From Myxococcota bacterium (GTDB lineage: Bacteria > Myxococcota_A > UBA9042 > PHBI01 > JAWLBL01), in contig JAWLBL010000018.1 of the NCBI GenBank assembly GCA_041687695.1, forward strand, positions 64,001 to 128,000: a stretch of DNA of 64,000 nt, read 5' to 3'. The notes below the pieces were generated by a model. That model was not told where the DNA came from and ran no database searches. It worked only from the letters and a program-made list of their open reading frames with translations. Of the stretch, positions 48,763 through 61,496 are shown piece by piece; the first letter of the stretch is position 1; the number at the start of each line of letters is the position of its first letter. The translations under genes were made by a program, and so were the position numbers.

Positions 48763-50042
48763 GACGCGCCCTCCTCCCGACCGCCCGACACCACCGCCAA
48801 ACCGCCCTCGCCCTCGGCCAGGGCCAGCTGGCCGCCGTCGGCGTCGACCACCGCCAGGCCGCCAGCGCTGATCGCGTGGCGAGCGCGGATGCTGGCGATG
48901 GCGTCCAGGCAGGCGTCGTGGAGCATGGAGCCTACCGACTCGTAGTCGGCGACCCGCTGCAGCGCGGGGATGACCTCGGGGCCGGCCACGCGCGCCAGCG
49001 CCTGCGCGGCGGCGGTCGAGCCGAGGCCCAGGTCGTCGCCGAGGACCTCGAGCAGCCAGGGGATCGTCTGGGCCGGAGGCAGGCTGGCGACCACGCGGGC
49101 GACGATGTCGCCGCGGGCGGAGGCCGGGAGGAGCCCCCAGGCGCGCCGGGCGCTCGCGAGGTCCACCGGCGCCTGCAGGCGCACCATGGCGGGCCAGGCG
49201 GTGTCGGTCAGGGCAGGGTGCCGCACGGTCACCCACGCGAACAGCGCCGCCGCCCGCTCGCGGGTCACCCGGCGCAACAGCTGGTCCAGGGTCTGCCGCC
49301 GCAGCGCCTCCGACAGGGCCGGGTCCCGGACCAGGGCCTCGAGCGCCGGGACGGCCTCGTAGTCGGGCGCCGTGCGGGCGAGGACGTAGCGCAGCACCTG
49401 GTCATCGGTCTGGACCGGGCCCAGGTGGGCGCGCGCCGTCGGCAGCGCGTCGGGGAAGTGCACGTCCAGCAGGGCCAGGGCCAGGGCCCGGTCGCGCTCC
49501 TGGACGCCGAGAGACGTGAGCCGCGCGGTCAGGCGCACCTCGAGCGGCGACAGCGCCGCCAACTGGTCGCCCAGGCGCACGCAGAGGTCGCGCATGGCCC
49601 CCAGATGCGGCGCGTCGGGGCTCCAGTGGCCGCTGACCCAGCCCCAGGAGAGCCGCGCGCCCAGGCCTCGCACATGCTCCTGAAATCCCTGCTGCTCGTC
49701 GCGGGTCGCCACCAGCCGCAGCGGGATGGGCGTGCCCCGGTCGGGCCAGCGTCGCTCGAGGTCCACGGGCGGCGCGCTGAAGACCAGCAGCGGGTGGACG
49801 CGGTCGCTGCGGTCGAGGCGGAAGACGAATCCCTGTCCGTCGGTCTCGGGCTCGCAGGTGAAACCGTCGACGGCCGGGTCCCCAGGGCGCCGCCCCAGCT
49901 CGCGCTTCAGGCGCTGGACCGCGCTTCGACGCGTCGCCCGCTTGGCCAGCGCGCGCTTGACCGGCGGACCCAGGTGATGGACGGCCATCCCGCCCAGGAT
50001 CAGCGTGTTGGTGATGGCCCACAGGACGGTGCCGATCTTCAT
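48759..50042 (-). CDS. N-terminally membrane-anchored HEAT-like repeat protein (paralog B)
   Basis: N-terminal hydrophobic helix, HEAT-like AAAQALARVAGPEVIPAL, C-terminal GGLAVVDADGGQLAL. Confidence 0.7.
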   Translation of the reverse strand: MKIGTVLWAITNTLILGGMAVHHLGPPVKRALAKRATRRSAVQRLKRELGRRPGDPAVDGFTCEPETDGQGFVFRLDRSDRVHPLLVFSAPPVDLERRWPDRGTPIPLRLVATRDEQQGFQEHVRGLGARLSWGWVSGHWSPDAPHLGAMRDLCVRLGDQLAALSPLEVRLTARLTSLGVQERDRALALALLDVHFPDALPTARAHLGPVQTDDQVLRYVLARTAPDYEAVPALEALVRDPALSEALRRQTLDQLLRRVTRERAAALFAWVTVRHPALTDTAWPAMVRLQAPVDLASARRAWGLLPASARGDIVARVVASLPPAQTIPWLLEVLGDDLGLGSTAAAQALARVAGPEVIPALQRVADYESVGSMLHDACLDAIASIRARHAISAGGLAVVDADGGQLALAEGEGGLAVVSGGREEGAS

Positions 50043-51352
50043 CGAGCGTCTTCCTCGGCGACGGCCAGCGTCCCGTCCCCTGCGGCCAGGGCCAGCTGGC
50101 CGCCGTCGGCGTCGACGAGCGCCAGGCCGCCGGCGCTGACCGTGTGGCGGGAGCGGATGGCGAGCGCGGCGCGGGCGCAGGCTTCGCGCGTGGGGTCCTC
50201 GGGCGGCAGGTCCGCGGTGATGCGGCCCAGGTGGGGCAGGGCGGCCGGCGTGCCGATGCGGCCCAGCGCGTCGGCGGCGGCCTCGACCACGGTGGCCTCG
50301 GGCGCGTCCAGCCGCTCGACGAGCCAGCGCGTCGTCGCCTCGGAGGCCTCTCCGCGCGCGACGGCGCCGACCAGGTCGGCCCGGATCAGGGCGGAGGACA
50401 GGCGAGGCAGGATCCGGGCGGCGAGCGCGACGTCGAGCGGGAGGCGGGCCCGCACCACGGCACGGGTCGCCGCCTCGAGCAGGAAGGGCGCCTGCTCGGC
50501 GGCGTAGTCGAGGAGGTCGCGCAGCTCCGCGCGCTCGACCCGCGAGGTCAGGGGATCGAAGGCCGCGCGACGGATGCCGCCGTCGAGGTCGCGGTCGGTC
50601 AGCAGCTCGAGCAAGGCCTCGCGGGCCTCGCGCGGAGGGGCGGTGCGAGCGACGGCCCAGCGCGCCAGGGGAGCACCGCGTTCGGCGAGGGCCGCGCGGG
50701 CTGAGGGCAACTGGGGCGAGTCGGGCCAGTGCGCGTGGAGGAGCGCGAGCGCGATGGCGGCGTCGTCCTCGGGCGTCAGCGGGTCGAGGACACGCGCGGC
50801 GAGCCGCTCGTCGATCGGGCCCAGCGCCGAGAGGGCCTCGCCGGCCGCGAAGTAGGCGTCCCGGAGGGCGACCAGATCGGTGAGCGCGTCCGGGGCCACC
50901 CCCTCGAGACGTCCGCCAGCCAGCTGACAGCGCGCGGCGCCGAGCAGGAGCTGCAGCGGCGCCAGCTCCTGCGGCGACGTGACGCGGCCGAGCGGGATGG
51001 GCTGCTCGCGGTCGGGCCAGCGGGCGACCAGGTCGAAGTCGGCATGGATGCCAGCGAGCTGCGGCGCGATGCGCCCGTGGCCGTCCAGGGTCATGACGAC
51101 GTCCGGCCCGTCGACCTCGGCGTGGAACAGCAGGCCGTCGCGCGTGACGACGGCGCCGTCGTAGCCGAGCTCGTCGTCGATGCGCTTCTGGGCCAGCCGC
51201 CGGGCGCGGGCGTTTTGGTAGTCGTGGGCCTGGGTGCGGTACAGGAAGTACACGGCGACGACGATGAAGAAGCCAGCCAGGACCAGCACGATGCCGAACC
51301 CCGGGACCCCTTCGGCGAAGCGGTCCCCGTAGCCGGTCAGGTCGGCCATCAT
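50039..51352 (-). CDS. N-terminally membrane-anchored HEAT-like repeat protein (paralog A)
   Basis: TM helix GIVLVLAGFFIVVAVYFLY, HEAT_PBS-like AAADALGRIGTPAALPHL, C-terminal GGLALVDADGGQLAL. ATGA overlaps at both ends. Confidence 0.75.
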   Translation of the reverse strand: MMADLTGYGDRFAEGVPGFGIVLVLAGFFIVVAVYFLYRTQAHDYQNARARRLAQKRIDDELGYDGAVVTRDGLLFHAEVDGPDVVMTLDGHGRIAPQLAGIHADFDLVARWPDREQPIPLGRVTSPQELAPLQLLLGAARCQLAGGRLEGVAPDALTDLVALRDAYFAAGEALSALGPIDERLAARVLDPLTPEDDAAIALALLHAHWPDSPQLPSARAALAERGAPLARWAVARTAPPREAREALLELLTDRDLDGGIRRAAFDPLTSRVERAELRDLLDYAAEQAPFLLEAATRAVVRARLPLDVALAARILPRLSSALIRADLVGAVARGEASEATTRWLVERLDAPEATVVEAAADALGRIGTPAALPHLGRITADLPPEDPTREACARAALAIRSRHTVSAGGLALVDADGGQLALAAGDGTLAVAEEDAR

Positions 51353-52374
51353 CGCGACGGCCTCCAGACGACCTTGCCGGCCTTGTCGACGTAGCCCTTG
51401 GTGAGGACGCCGGACTCGCTGCGAAGGCCGACCATCGCCAGCCCGCCGCGGAAGCTCTGGGCGCTGTCGAACGGGTCGTCCCACCTCGCCGGGATGACCA
51501 GCGCGCCGGTGCGGTCCATCCAGCCCCGCTTGCCGTCGACCTTCACCGTGGCCAGCCCCTCGGAGAACGAGCCGTCGACCACCTCGATGGGGGGCTGGGG
51601 CAGGACGGAAAGGCGCCCCGTCTTGTCGATGAAGCCCTGCCTGCCGTCGACCTTCACCAGCGCCAGGCCTTCGCGGAAGCCCCAGGCGAACTCGAAGGTG
51701 CGGTCGAAGGCCGGCTGGCCCTGCCTGTCCACGTAGTACCAGCCCTGATCGGTCATCACCGGCGCCAGCCCCTCGGAGAAGCCGCGCGAGAGCTTGCCCG
51801 GCACGCGCAGGGCGATGGACCCGTCGGGCGCGTAGAAGCGCACCTCGCTGCGGTCCTTCAGCGTCACCGCGACCAGCCCTTCGCGGAAGTCGGCCGGGTC
51901 GCCGGTGGCGGCGTCGGGCACGTGGAAGGCCACCTTGCCGGTGCGCTCCAGGTAGGCCAGCCGGCGTCCTGGCAGCTCGGCCCAGGCCCGCCCGTCGTGG
52001 AAGTCGCCCACCCGGTCCCATCGCCCTTGAAAGGCCAGCTTCCCCGCCTTGTCGAAGAAGGCCCAGATGTCACGGTCGGCCCGCGAGGCGGCCAGCCCCT
52101 CGTGGAAGTCGCGGACGTGCTCGAGCGCCGGCGCGATGACGTAGCCGCCCTTGGCGTCGATGAAGCCGTAGCGACCGTCGACCAGCACCCGCGCGAGGCC
52201 GTCCGAGAAGCGCGACGCCGCGTCGAAGCGCGGCGCGATGACCACGCGCCCCTTGGCGTCGATGAAGCCGGCCTTGCCGCCGACCTCTACGACGTAAAGG
52301 GCGGGCTCGGCGGGGGGCGCGGCGACCGATGCGGTCGAGAACAACGCGAGCGCGGCGGCGAGGAAGGTGAGCAT
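51349..52374 (-). CDS. Secreted WG-repeat (KWG/WG_beta_rep) protein
   Basis: Signal peptide and repeated F.EGLA.V.V.G..G(F/Y)ID..G..VI units. Confidence 0.9.
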   Translation of the reverse strand: MLTFLAAALALFSTASVAAPPAEPALYVVEVGGKAGFIDAKGRVVIAPRFDAASRFSDGLARVLVDGRYGFIDAKGGYVIAPALEHVRDFHEGLAASRADRDIWAFFDKAGKLAFQGRWDRVGDFHDGRAWAELPGRRLAYLERTGKVAFHVPDAATGDPADFREGLVAVTLKDRSEVRFYAPDGSIALRVPGKLSRGFSEGLAPVMTDQGWYYVDRQGQPAFDRTFEFAWGFREGLALVKVDGRQGFIDKTGRLSVLPQPPIEVVDGSFSEGLATVKVDGKRGWMDRTGALVIPARWDDPFDSAQSFRGGLAMVGLRSESGVLTKGYVDKAGKVVWRPSR

Positions 52375-52483
52375 GACCGGCAGGGTAGGTCGCCCCCGCC
52401 CGGCCCCGCAAGGGCAGGGCGGAGGGCCGGGGCCTTGCGTGGATGATCTCCGGTGGGGCGCCGGTTGGTTAGGCTCAATCGGC

Positions 52484-53068
52484 TCAGGACGGCCTGGCCT
52501 CTTTCGCGAGCTTGGCGGCGCAGTGCTCCCTCAGGTGAGGGGTGTGGGCTGCGAGCTCCTCCCAGAGGTCGCGTTCTTGCGTGAAGAGCCTTTGAGCTCG
52601 CTTGATCGCGTTGGCTCGAAAGGATGGGTGGACATCCGGGCGATCATCGAGTTCGAAGAGCCGGCGGTACAAGGCGGCGCGCTCGACGAAGTGCTTCTGG
52701 AGTTGGCCATGCGCGCGATCAAACAAGGATTGCGCGACGGCGAGCGCTTCATCCCCTATGTCGTGGTGAGCGGCCGAGTACTCCGGTGGCCAGCCCAGGT
52801 TGGTTGCGGTCTGGCTCAGCCGACCGCCCGCGGCCACGATGGCGTCCTCGTCGAGGAGCACATAGCCGAAGCGTGCGGGGTCGGGGGGACGCCGGGTGCC
52901 GTAGAAGGAAGCGAGCGCCGTCGTCGGATCGCAGCCTGCATTCATGAGCACGACCGAGATGGTCGGGTACTGACCGGCCAGGTTGGCAACCCTGGCTTCA
53001 GAGCTCCCTGGCCCGTCGTCCAGCCACGGGTCGAGTGGCTGGAGCACGCGCAGGAACTGGCGCGGCAC
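52484..53068 (-). CDS. Hypothetical protein in lower-GC islet (possible ART-like toxin fold)
   Basis: GTG start 10 nt after the upstream stop with AAGG, third gene of a coupled operon. Motifs FLR / ISV / HHDI. Confidence 0.55.
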   Translation of the reverse strand: MPRQFLRVLQPLDPWLDDGPGSSEARVANLAGQYPTISVVLMNAGCDPTTALASFYGTRRPPDPARFGYVLLDEDAIVAAGGRLSQTATNLGWPPEYSAAHHDIGDEALAVAQSLFDRAHGQLQKHFVERAALYRRLFELDDRPDVHPSFRANAIKRAQRLFTQERDLWEELAAHTPHLREHCAAKLAKEARPS

Positions 53069-53077
53069 GACCCTTGC

Positions 53078-53677
53078 TCAGTCCTGAAGGATGCGATGGG
53101 CCAGTCGAGCCGACTCGCGTACGAAGTCGCTGGGATCTTCTTCGGACAGAATGGCCAGGCGGGCGATCAGGGACGGATCCCGTTCGTCCAGATGCCGCAA
53201 GCTGTCGATGGCGACGGAGCGGATTCCCGAGCGGGGACTGTCGATGGCCTGCAGCAGGACGGCCATCACTTCCGGGCGCCACCTTGGCAGGTCCTCGGCA
53301 ATGAAGGTCAGGCTCCTCAGGGCGGCGTGACGCTCCCAGGGGTGAGCGGACTCGTCGAGTGAGATGCGCTTCAAGAACGCGACGTCACCCGCAAGTAGAG
53401 GACGGCTGCTGACCTCGGCTCCGACGGTCTCAGCCAATTCGGAGATCGCAGCCTCTCGGTCCGACCGGGTCGCGCATTCCCAGAGTTCGCGAAGCCAGGC
53501 GCTCGGAGGGGACTGCAGCATCTGCTGGCGGTCGAGAACGGTCGATGCACTCAGGCTGTCTTGCCACCAGGCCAGGGCGTCCGCCGACTCGAAGCGGCGT
53601 TGTTCTCCTGCTTCCCGAAGCACGAGAACGCTCACCTCTTCCAAGGCCGACGGTAGGTCCATCATGGGAACGCTCAT
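53078..53677 (-). CDS. Hypothetical protein with C-terminal HEAT-like helices
   Basis: ATGA overlap with the TIGR04255 gene. ERHAALRSL...IRSVAIDSLRHL...DPSDFVRESARLA. Confidence 0.65.
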   Translation of the reverse strand: MSVPMMDLPSALEEVSVLVLREAGEQRRFESADALAWWQDSLSASTVLDRQQMLQSPPSAWLRELWECATRSDREAAISELAETVGAEVSSRPLLAGDVAFLKRISLDESAHPWERHAALRSLTFIAEDLPRWRPEVMAVLLQAIDSPRSGIRSVAIDSLRHLDERDPSLIARLAILSEEDPSDFVRESARLAHRILQD

Positions 53678-54447
53678 CCCTGAAGCTCCTTGAGAAGCGA
53701 TTCGGTGAGACTTCCGAAGAACAACTCGTTCTTGAACTCGCGGAGCGCGCTCAAGCGCTCCCAGGCCACGACGAGTTCGGTGTCCTCGGGCAGGGAGGTC
53801 GACACGTCGATGTCGAGCGTGACGCTGCGCCTCACCTGGGGATCCGAAGACGCGTCGGCCACCAGACGAATGCGTCCGACCAGGTCCGCTTCAGGCCTGA
53901 GCACCGGCATGGTCAACTCGAATCCGACGAGCGAGGCGGCCGGTCCGAGCAAAGGACGCGTCCTCAGCGAGATCGCCAGATCCTCCATTCCCAGGTTGAG
54001 TCGGTTGATGTAGCGCAGCCCTACGCGCGTGACACGCTCGACCGAGACCGCGTCGAGATACCTCGCCCAGTAGGCTTCGGCCTCGCTCCGCAGGTTCGCG
54101 AAGCTGTCATAGGGAGCGAGTTGGCTGTAGGTGAAGCCGTCCAACCGGAACTGAGCGACTCGGTTTTCCTGGTCGTTCAGGAACATCAGGCCGCGCGGGA
54201 CCTGCTGGGATGAAGCCGCGACCGTGCCGCCGAGCGCGAACTGGAATTCTCCCTGCAGCAGGGTGCGGGACCGTGGCAGACCGGCACCGAGCCGCTCCCT
54301 CGCCTGGTCGAGGTGTGCGAACGCCGTCCCCGGCTCGAGGTCCACGCGCAGGTCGATGAGGGCCTCGACAATGGGGGCCTTGCTGCCCAGATGCGGATAA
54401 GGAGGCTTCCGGTTCACGGGGTCGACGCGGCTCTCAGCGGGTTGCAC
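53674..54447 (-). CDS. TIGR04255-family protein
   Basis: APIVEALIDLR, QFRLDGFTYS.L.PY..F, RVGLRYINR, LDID, LREFKNELFF..LT. Confidence 0.8.
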   Translation of the reverse strand: MQPAESRVDPVNRKPPYPHLGSKAPIVEALIDLRVDLEPGTAFAHLDQARERLGAGLPRSRTLLQGEFQFALGGTVAASSQQVPRGLMFLNDQENRVAQFRLDGFTYSQLAPYDSFANLRSEAEAYWARYLDAVSVERVTRVGLRYINRLNLGMEDLAISLRTRPLLGPAASLVGFELTMPVLRPEADLVGRIRLVADASSDPQVRRSVTLDIDVSTSLPEDTELVVAWERLSALREFKNELFFGSLTESLLKELQG

Positions 54448-54456
54448 CTGTCGGTA

Positions 54457-54478
54457 TGGTGATCCTCGATGATCACCA
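54457..54478. promoter_or_regulatory. Operator-like inverted repeat upstream of the TIGR04255 operon
   Basis: TGGTGATC-N6-GATCACCA. TTGACC and TTGACA hexamers lie on the minus strand immediately upstream (54479-54495). Confidence 0.45.
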
Positions 54479-54518
54479 GGTCAACCCGCTGTCAACCCGC
54501 CAAGCCCAGCGGGCGTTC

Positions 54519-55193
54519 CTAGGCGTAGGCGAGGGAGAGGGCGAAGGCGGCGAAGGGCAGGGCGGACAGGCCCAGGCGCCTCCAGCGGGCGGGGCCGTCG
54601 TGGGCGGTGGCCGAGAAGGTGAGGGCGAGCCAGCCGAAGAAGCCGAGGACGGCGAGGAGGCCGAGCCAGGGGTTGGGCATCCAGTCGGAGGCGTAGCGGG
54701 CCTGGTAGTAGGCCAGGCGGTCGCCGTCGGGGAGGGGGCGCTGCTCGGTGGCGGCGGCCTCGGCCTCCCAGCGGACCAGCAGCGGGACCAGGGCGGCGTC
54801 CACGCGGGCGCGCCAGTCGGGGTCGACGCCCAGCAGGGTGCGCGAGGCGAAGAGGCCGGCGCGCAAGAGGGTCAGGGTCTGCACGGCGTCGGGCAGGTCG
54901 CCGCGGGCCAGCTGGGCCTCGTGCAGCTTCCACAGGCGCTCGGCGGCCTCGTCGCGCCAGGTGGCGCCCACGGGCAGGGTCCAGCTGATGGCGGCGCGCC
55001 ACTCGAGGGCGGCGACCAGCTCGTCGCCGCGGGTCAGCGCCTCGTCGCCGCGGTGCAGGGCCGCGGGGCCGCTGACGGCGACCCGCAGCACGACGCCGAG
55101 CAGCACCACCGCGGCGGCGGCGGCCCACAGGCGCCAGGGCCGGCGGGGCGGAGCGGGCGCCGGGGCGGCGGCGGGGGCCTCAGACGAAGTCAC
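54519..55193 (-). CDS. Membrane protein, last gene of the pil operon
   Basis: GTG start overlapping the end of pilI. One N-terminal and two C-terminal TM helices. Confidence 0.65.
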   Translation of the reverse strand: MTSSEAPAAAPAPAPPRRPWRLWAAAAAVVLLGVVLRVAVSGPAALHRGDEALTRGDELVAALEWRAAISWTLPVGATWRDEAAERLWKLHEAQLARGDLPDAVQTLTLLRAGLFASRTLLGVDPDWRARVDAALVPLLVRWEAEAAATEQRPLPDGDRLAYYQARYASDWMPNPWLGLLAVLGFFGWLALTFSATAHDGPARWRRLGLSALPFAAFALSLAYA

Positions 55194-56001
55194 GGCGCTG
55201 GAAGGCCAGGACGGCCAGCGCGAGGAAGATGGCGCCGTAGGCGAGGCCGTAGGCGAAGGAGTGGCCGACGTAGGCCCAGGGCGTCTCGACACCCATCAGG
55301 ACCTGCTGGCTGGTGTTGAAGACGCTGAGATCGGGGAAGGTCGCGGTGACCGCCTCGCCGAAGGGGCGCAGGCCCGGGTTCTTGGTGAAGAAGCCCTTGG
55401 TCTGGCCCAGCATCTCGGCGACCACGTAGACCACGCGGCCGACGGCGAACAGGCCGGCCGTGAACAGCGCCGTCATCACCGGCGACGAGATGGCCGAGAA
55501 CATCACGGCGGCCGCGGTGACCAGGCCCACCTCGAAGAAGACCAGGGTCAGGCCCTTGACCAGCTCGGCCGTGATGGGCACGCCCTGCACCGACAGCACC
55601 AGGAACCAGACCAGCGCCAGGCCCACCACCTCGACCAGCAGGATGCCCCACAGCCCGAAGTACTTGCCCAGCACGACCTCGTAGCGCTGCACCGGCTTGG
55701 ACACGATGGTGAAGATGGTCTTCTTCTCGACCTCCTTGTGCAGCAGGACCGCGCCCATGACGATGGCGGTCACCACGCAGAACAGGCTGATGGCGAAGAA
55801 GCCGAAGTCCAGCACGACGCGCGGCCCCTCGCCCACCACGCTCAGCTCGGCCAGCACCATCGAGCAGCCGATGAAGGCCACCGCGCTGACCAGCAGGCCG
55901 ATGAAGACGCGGTTGCGCACCGCCTCGCGGAAGGTGTTCTGGGCGATGGCCCCGACGCGCGCGGGGCTGATGATCTCGCTGAGCTCAGGCCGCACGGGCA
56001 T
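55180..56001 (-). CDS. pilI: ABC-2 type permease, PilI-like
   Basis: [37 protein letters not shown]-terminal FQRRDF. Synteny with the Myxococcus pil locus. Confidence 0.8.
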   Translation of the reverse strand: MPVRPELSEIISPARVGAIAQNTFREAVRNRVFIGLLVSAVAFIGCSMVLAELSVVGEGPRVVLDFGFFAISLFCVVTAIVMGAVLLHKEVEKKTIFTIVSKPVQRYEVVLGKYFGLWGILLVEVVGLALVWFLVLSVQGVPITAELVKGLTLVFFEVGLVTAAAVMFSAISSPVMTALFTAGLFAVGRVVYVVAEMLGQTKGFFTKNPGLRPFGEAVTATFPDLSVFNTSQQVLMGVETPWAYVGHSFAYGLAYGAIFLALAVLAFQRRDFV

Positions 56002-56938
56002 CCCCCTCGGACCGACGCATGAAGAACTGCTCGAGGGTCTCGCGGTGCGCGTTGACCGTCAGCACCTGCGCGCCCGCCTCGACCAGCAGGCGCAGCGCCT
56101 CCTGGGCGCGCGCCGTCTCGACCGCCACCGTGAGCCCCTGCGGGCCCTCGGTCAGCCGTGCGCCCAGCGCCTCGAGCGCCGGCCGCGCCGCCTCGGGCAC
56201 CCCCGCCGCCACGATGTCGGTCAGGCTGCCGTCGCCCTCCAGCAGCTCGCGCAGGGCGCCGACCCGCTCGACCGCCCCGTCGCGCAGGATGGCGACCCGG
56301 TCACACAAGGTCTCGATGTCGTGCAGGATGTGCGACGACAGGAAGATGGTCTTGCCCTCGGCCCGCAGCGCGGCGATGAGCTCGCGCACCTCGTGGCGCC
56401 CCACCGGGTCCAGGCCGCTCATCGGCTCGTCCATCACCACCAGCCGCGGGTCGTTGACCAGCGCCTGCGCGATGCCGACCCGCTGCAGCATGCCCTTGGA
56501 GAAGCCCCGCAGGCGCCGGTGCTTGGCGTGGCCCAGGCCCACCCGGTCGAGCAGCTGGTCGACCCGCGGGTGGCGCACCTTGCGCGGGATGCGGAAGAGC
56601 TTGCCGTAGAAGTCGACCACCTCGAAGGCGGTCAGGTAGTCGTAGAAGTAGGGGTGCTCGGGCAGGTAGCCGATGTGCTGCCTGACCGCCGCGTCCTCGG
56701 CCGGGCGCCCGAACAGGCGCACCGAGCCGGCGGTCGGCTGAATCAGGCTCATCGCCATCTTCATCGTCGTGGTCTTGCCGGCGCCGTTGGGGCCCAGGTA
56801 GCCGAAGATCTGCCCCTGCTCGACGTCCAGCGTCACCCCGCGCACGGCCTGCACGCGCTTGAGCCGGAAGCCGACCTTGAACTCCTTGTGCAGGCCCTCG
56901 AAGGACAGGGCGGGCGCCTGCGGGTCGATCTGCGTCAT
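55985..56938 (-). CDS. pilH: ABC transporter ATPase, PilH-like
   Basis: [53 protein letters not shown]. Confidence 0.85.
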   Translation of the reverse strand: MTQIDPQAPALSFEGLHKEFKVGFRLKRVQAVRGVTLDVEQGQIFGYLGPNGAGKTTTMKMAMSLIQPTAGSVRLFGRPAEDAAVRQHIGYLPEHPYFYDYLTAFEVVDFYGKLFRIPRKVRHPRVDQLLDRVGLGHAKHRRLRGFSKGMLQRVGIAQALVNDPRLVVMDEPMSGLDPVGRHEVRELIAALRAEGKTIFLSSHILHDIETLCDRVAILRDGAVERVGALRELLEGDGSLTDIVAAGVPEAARPALEALGARLTEGPQGLTVAVETARAQEALRLLVEAGAQVLTVNAHRETLEQFFMRRSEGDARAA

Positions 56939-58094
56939 GGGGTGCTCCGTCGGGCGGGGGCCTGCGCGTCGGCCAGCGCGTCGGCCAGCGCGTCGACCAC
57001 GACCTCGACGTCGGCCTGGGTCATGGCCAGCGTGGCCGGCAGGGTCAGCGTGCTGGCCTGCGCGCGGCTGGCGTTGGGCAGGCGGGCCGGGTCGGCGTCG
57101 GGGCGCCCGCGGTAGGCGGGCTGCAGGGCCAGCGCGTAGCCGCCCAGCGTGGTCTGCACGCCACGGCCGGCGAGTCGGTCGATGACCTGGTCGCGGTCGA
57201 TCTCGGGGTCGAGCAGGACGACCAGGCTCTGGAAGGCCAGATCGGGCTGCTGGTAGCCGGCGGGCCAGCTGACCCGGGGCAGGGCGGCCAGCGCCTCGCG
57301 GTACCAGGCGGCGAGGCGGGCGCGGCCGGCGACGATGGCGTCGAGGCGCGTCATCTGCACCTGGCCCAGCGCGGCGTGCAGCTCGCTCATGCGGTAGTTG
57401 AAGCCGACCGCGTGGAAGCGCTGCCAGCGGCCGTCGCCCGGGGCCGGCTCGTCCATGCCGTGGTTGCGGAGGCGCCGCAGGCGGTGGGCCAGCGCGGGGT
57501 CGGCGGTCAGCACCATCCCGCCCTCGGCGGTGGTCAGGGTCTTGCGCGGGTGGAAGGACAGGCAGACCAGGTGGTCGCCCGAGGCCCAGCGGGCGGCGTC
57601 GTCTTGGCGGGGGGCGGTGCCCAGGGCGCAGGCGGCGTCCTCGACCAGCCACCACCCGCGGGCCTGGGCCAGGGCCGAGAGCGCGGCCATGGGGGCCGGG
57701 ATGCCGAAGGGGTGGACCACCAGCACGCCGCGCGTGCGCTCGGTGGCGACGGCGGCGACCGACTCGGCGGTCAGGGCGAAGCGGTCCAGATCGACGTCGG
57801 CGGGGACGGCGCGGGCGCCGCACAGCTCGACCACGTTGGCGGTGGCCGGGAAGCCGAAGGCGGGGACGATGACCTCGTCGCCGGGGCCGACGTCCAGCGC
57901 CGCGAGGGCCAGGTGCAGGGCGGCGGTGCCCGAGCTGCAGGCGACGGCGCAGGGCAGGGCCAGGCGCTGGGCGACGGCGGCCTCGAAGGCGGCGACGCGC
58001 GGGCCCTGGACCAGCTGGCCCGAGGCGAGCACCTCGGCCAGGGCGGCGGCCTCTTCGAAGCCCAGCTCGGGGCGGTGCAGTGGGTAATCGACCG

Positions 58095-58098
<4 letters not shown>
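56935..58098 (-). CDS. DegT/DnrJ/EryC1/StrS NDP-sugar aminotransferase
   Basis: SSGTAALHLAL, PGDEVIVP, EDAACALG, SFHPRK..TT.EGG, GFNYRMSE. Confidence 0.93.
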
Positions 58099-59068
<970 letters not shown>

Positions 59069-59072
<4 letters not shown>

Positions 59073-60083
59073 GGCGCCTCGGGGGGGACGTGCGGGTCGG
59101 GGTCGTCGGGGGCCAGCGGCAGCGCGTCGGGGCGGGCCCAGTCGCTGGGCAGGGGGGCGGCCTGTTTGTCGCCGACCAGCTCGAAGAGCGAGATGGGGAC
59201 GTAGGGGTAGTCGCGCTTCCAGGCGACCTCGAGCGCGGCCAGGCGCTGGGCGGTCGCGGCCGAGCCGAACTGGGCGAGGCGCGAGCGGAGGGACTCGCGC
59301 TCGGCGTCGCTGGCCTCCCAGTAGCGCAGCGTCGCGTGCAGCAGGGCCATCTCGACGTCGTTGTCCTCGTAGTACAGGTTGGACACGAAGTTGGGGTCGA
59401 GCTGCGAGCCGGGCAGGGCGGCGGCGACGGCGAAGTACTCGAGGGCGCGCGCGCGCAGGGCGGCGCGCTCGGCGGCGTCCTTGGGCTTCCACTCGATGAG
59501 GTAGTTGAAGCCGATGTCGAGGTAGAAGCGCCAGTGGTCGGGGAAGCGCTCGAGGCCGCGGCGCGAGTAGTCGTTGGACAGCTCGAGGGTGTCGTTGCCG
59601 ATGAACTGGCCGAACTTGACCGCCTGCGAGGCCCACTCGTACACGCGCGGGTTGTCGGGGTCGAGGGCGATGACGGCGTCGAGGTAGGTCGGCAGCAGGG
59701 TGAAGATGCGGTCGTGGAAGAGGTGGCGGACGAAGTAGGCGTTGGCCTGCAGGAACAGGAGATCGGCGGCGAAGGCCTCGTGGCCGAGGGCCATCAGGCG
59801 CAGCACGTCGTGGGGCGGCAGGAAGACGGTCTCGACGGCGGCGGCGCGGTCGAGGTGGGCGGCCTCGTAACGCAGCTCGAGGCGGGCGGTGCGGGTGACC
59901 AGGGTCGCGAGCACGACGGCGGCGGCGATGACCAGCACGGTCAGGCGGCGGCGCTGGGTGGCGCCCCACCAGCGGAGCCAGTCGGCCAGCCAGCGCACGA
60001 AGCGCACGGGCGCCATGGCCAGGGCGACCAGCGAGCCGGTGAGCGCGCCGATGCGGGACTCGGCGCCGGACGCGGCGCGGGGC

Positions 60084-60094
<11 letters not shown>
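59069..60094 (-). CDS. pilG: PilG-like membrane-anchored helical/TPR protein
   Basis: N-terminal TM, LPP..VL..MALG....ADL.(W/F)L, LDP....Y, G...FP.HW. Position matches Myxococcus pilG. Confidence 0.6.
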
Positions 60095-61490
<1,396 letters not shown>

Positions 61491-61496
61491 GGCGCG

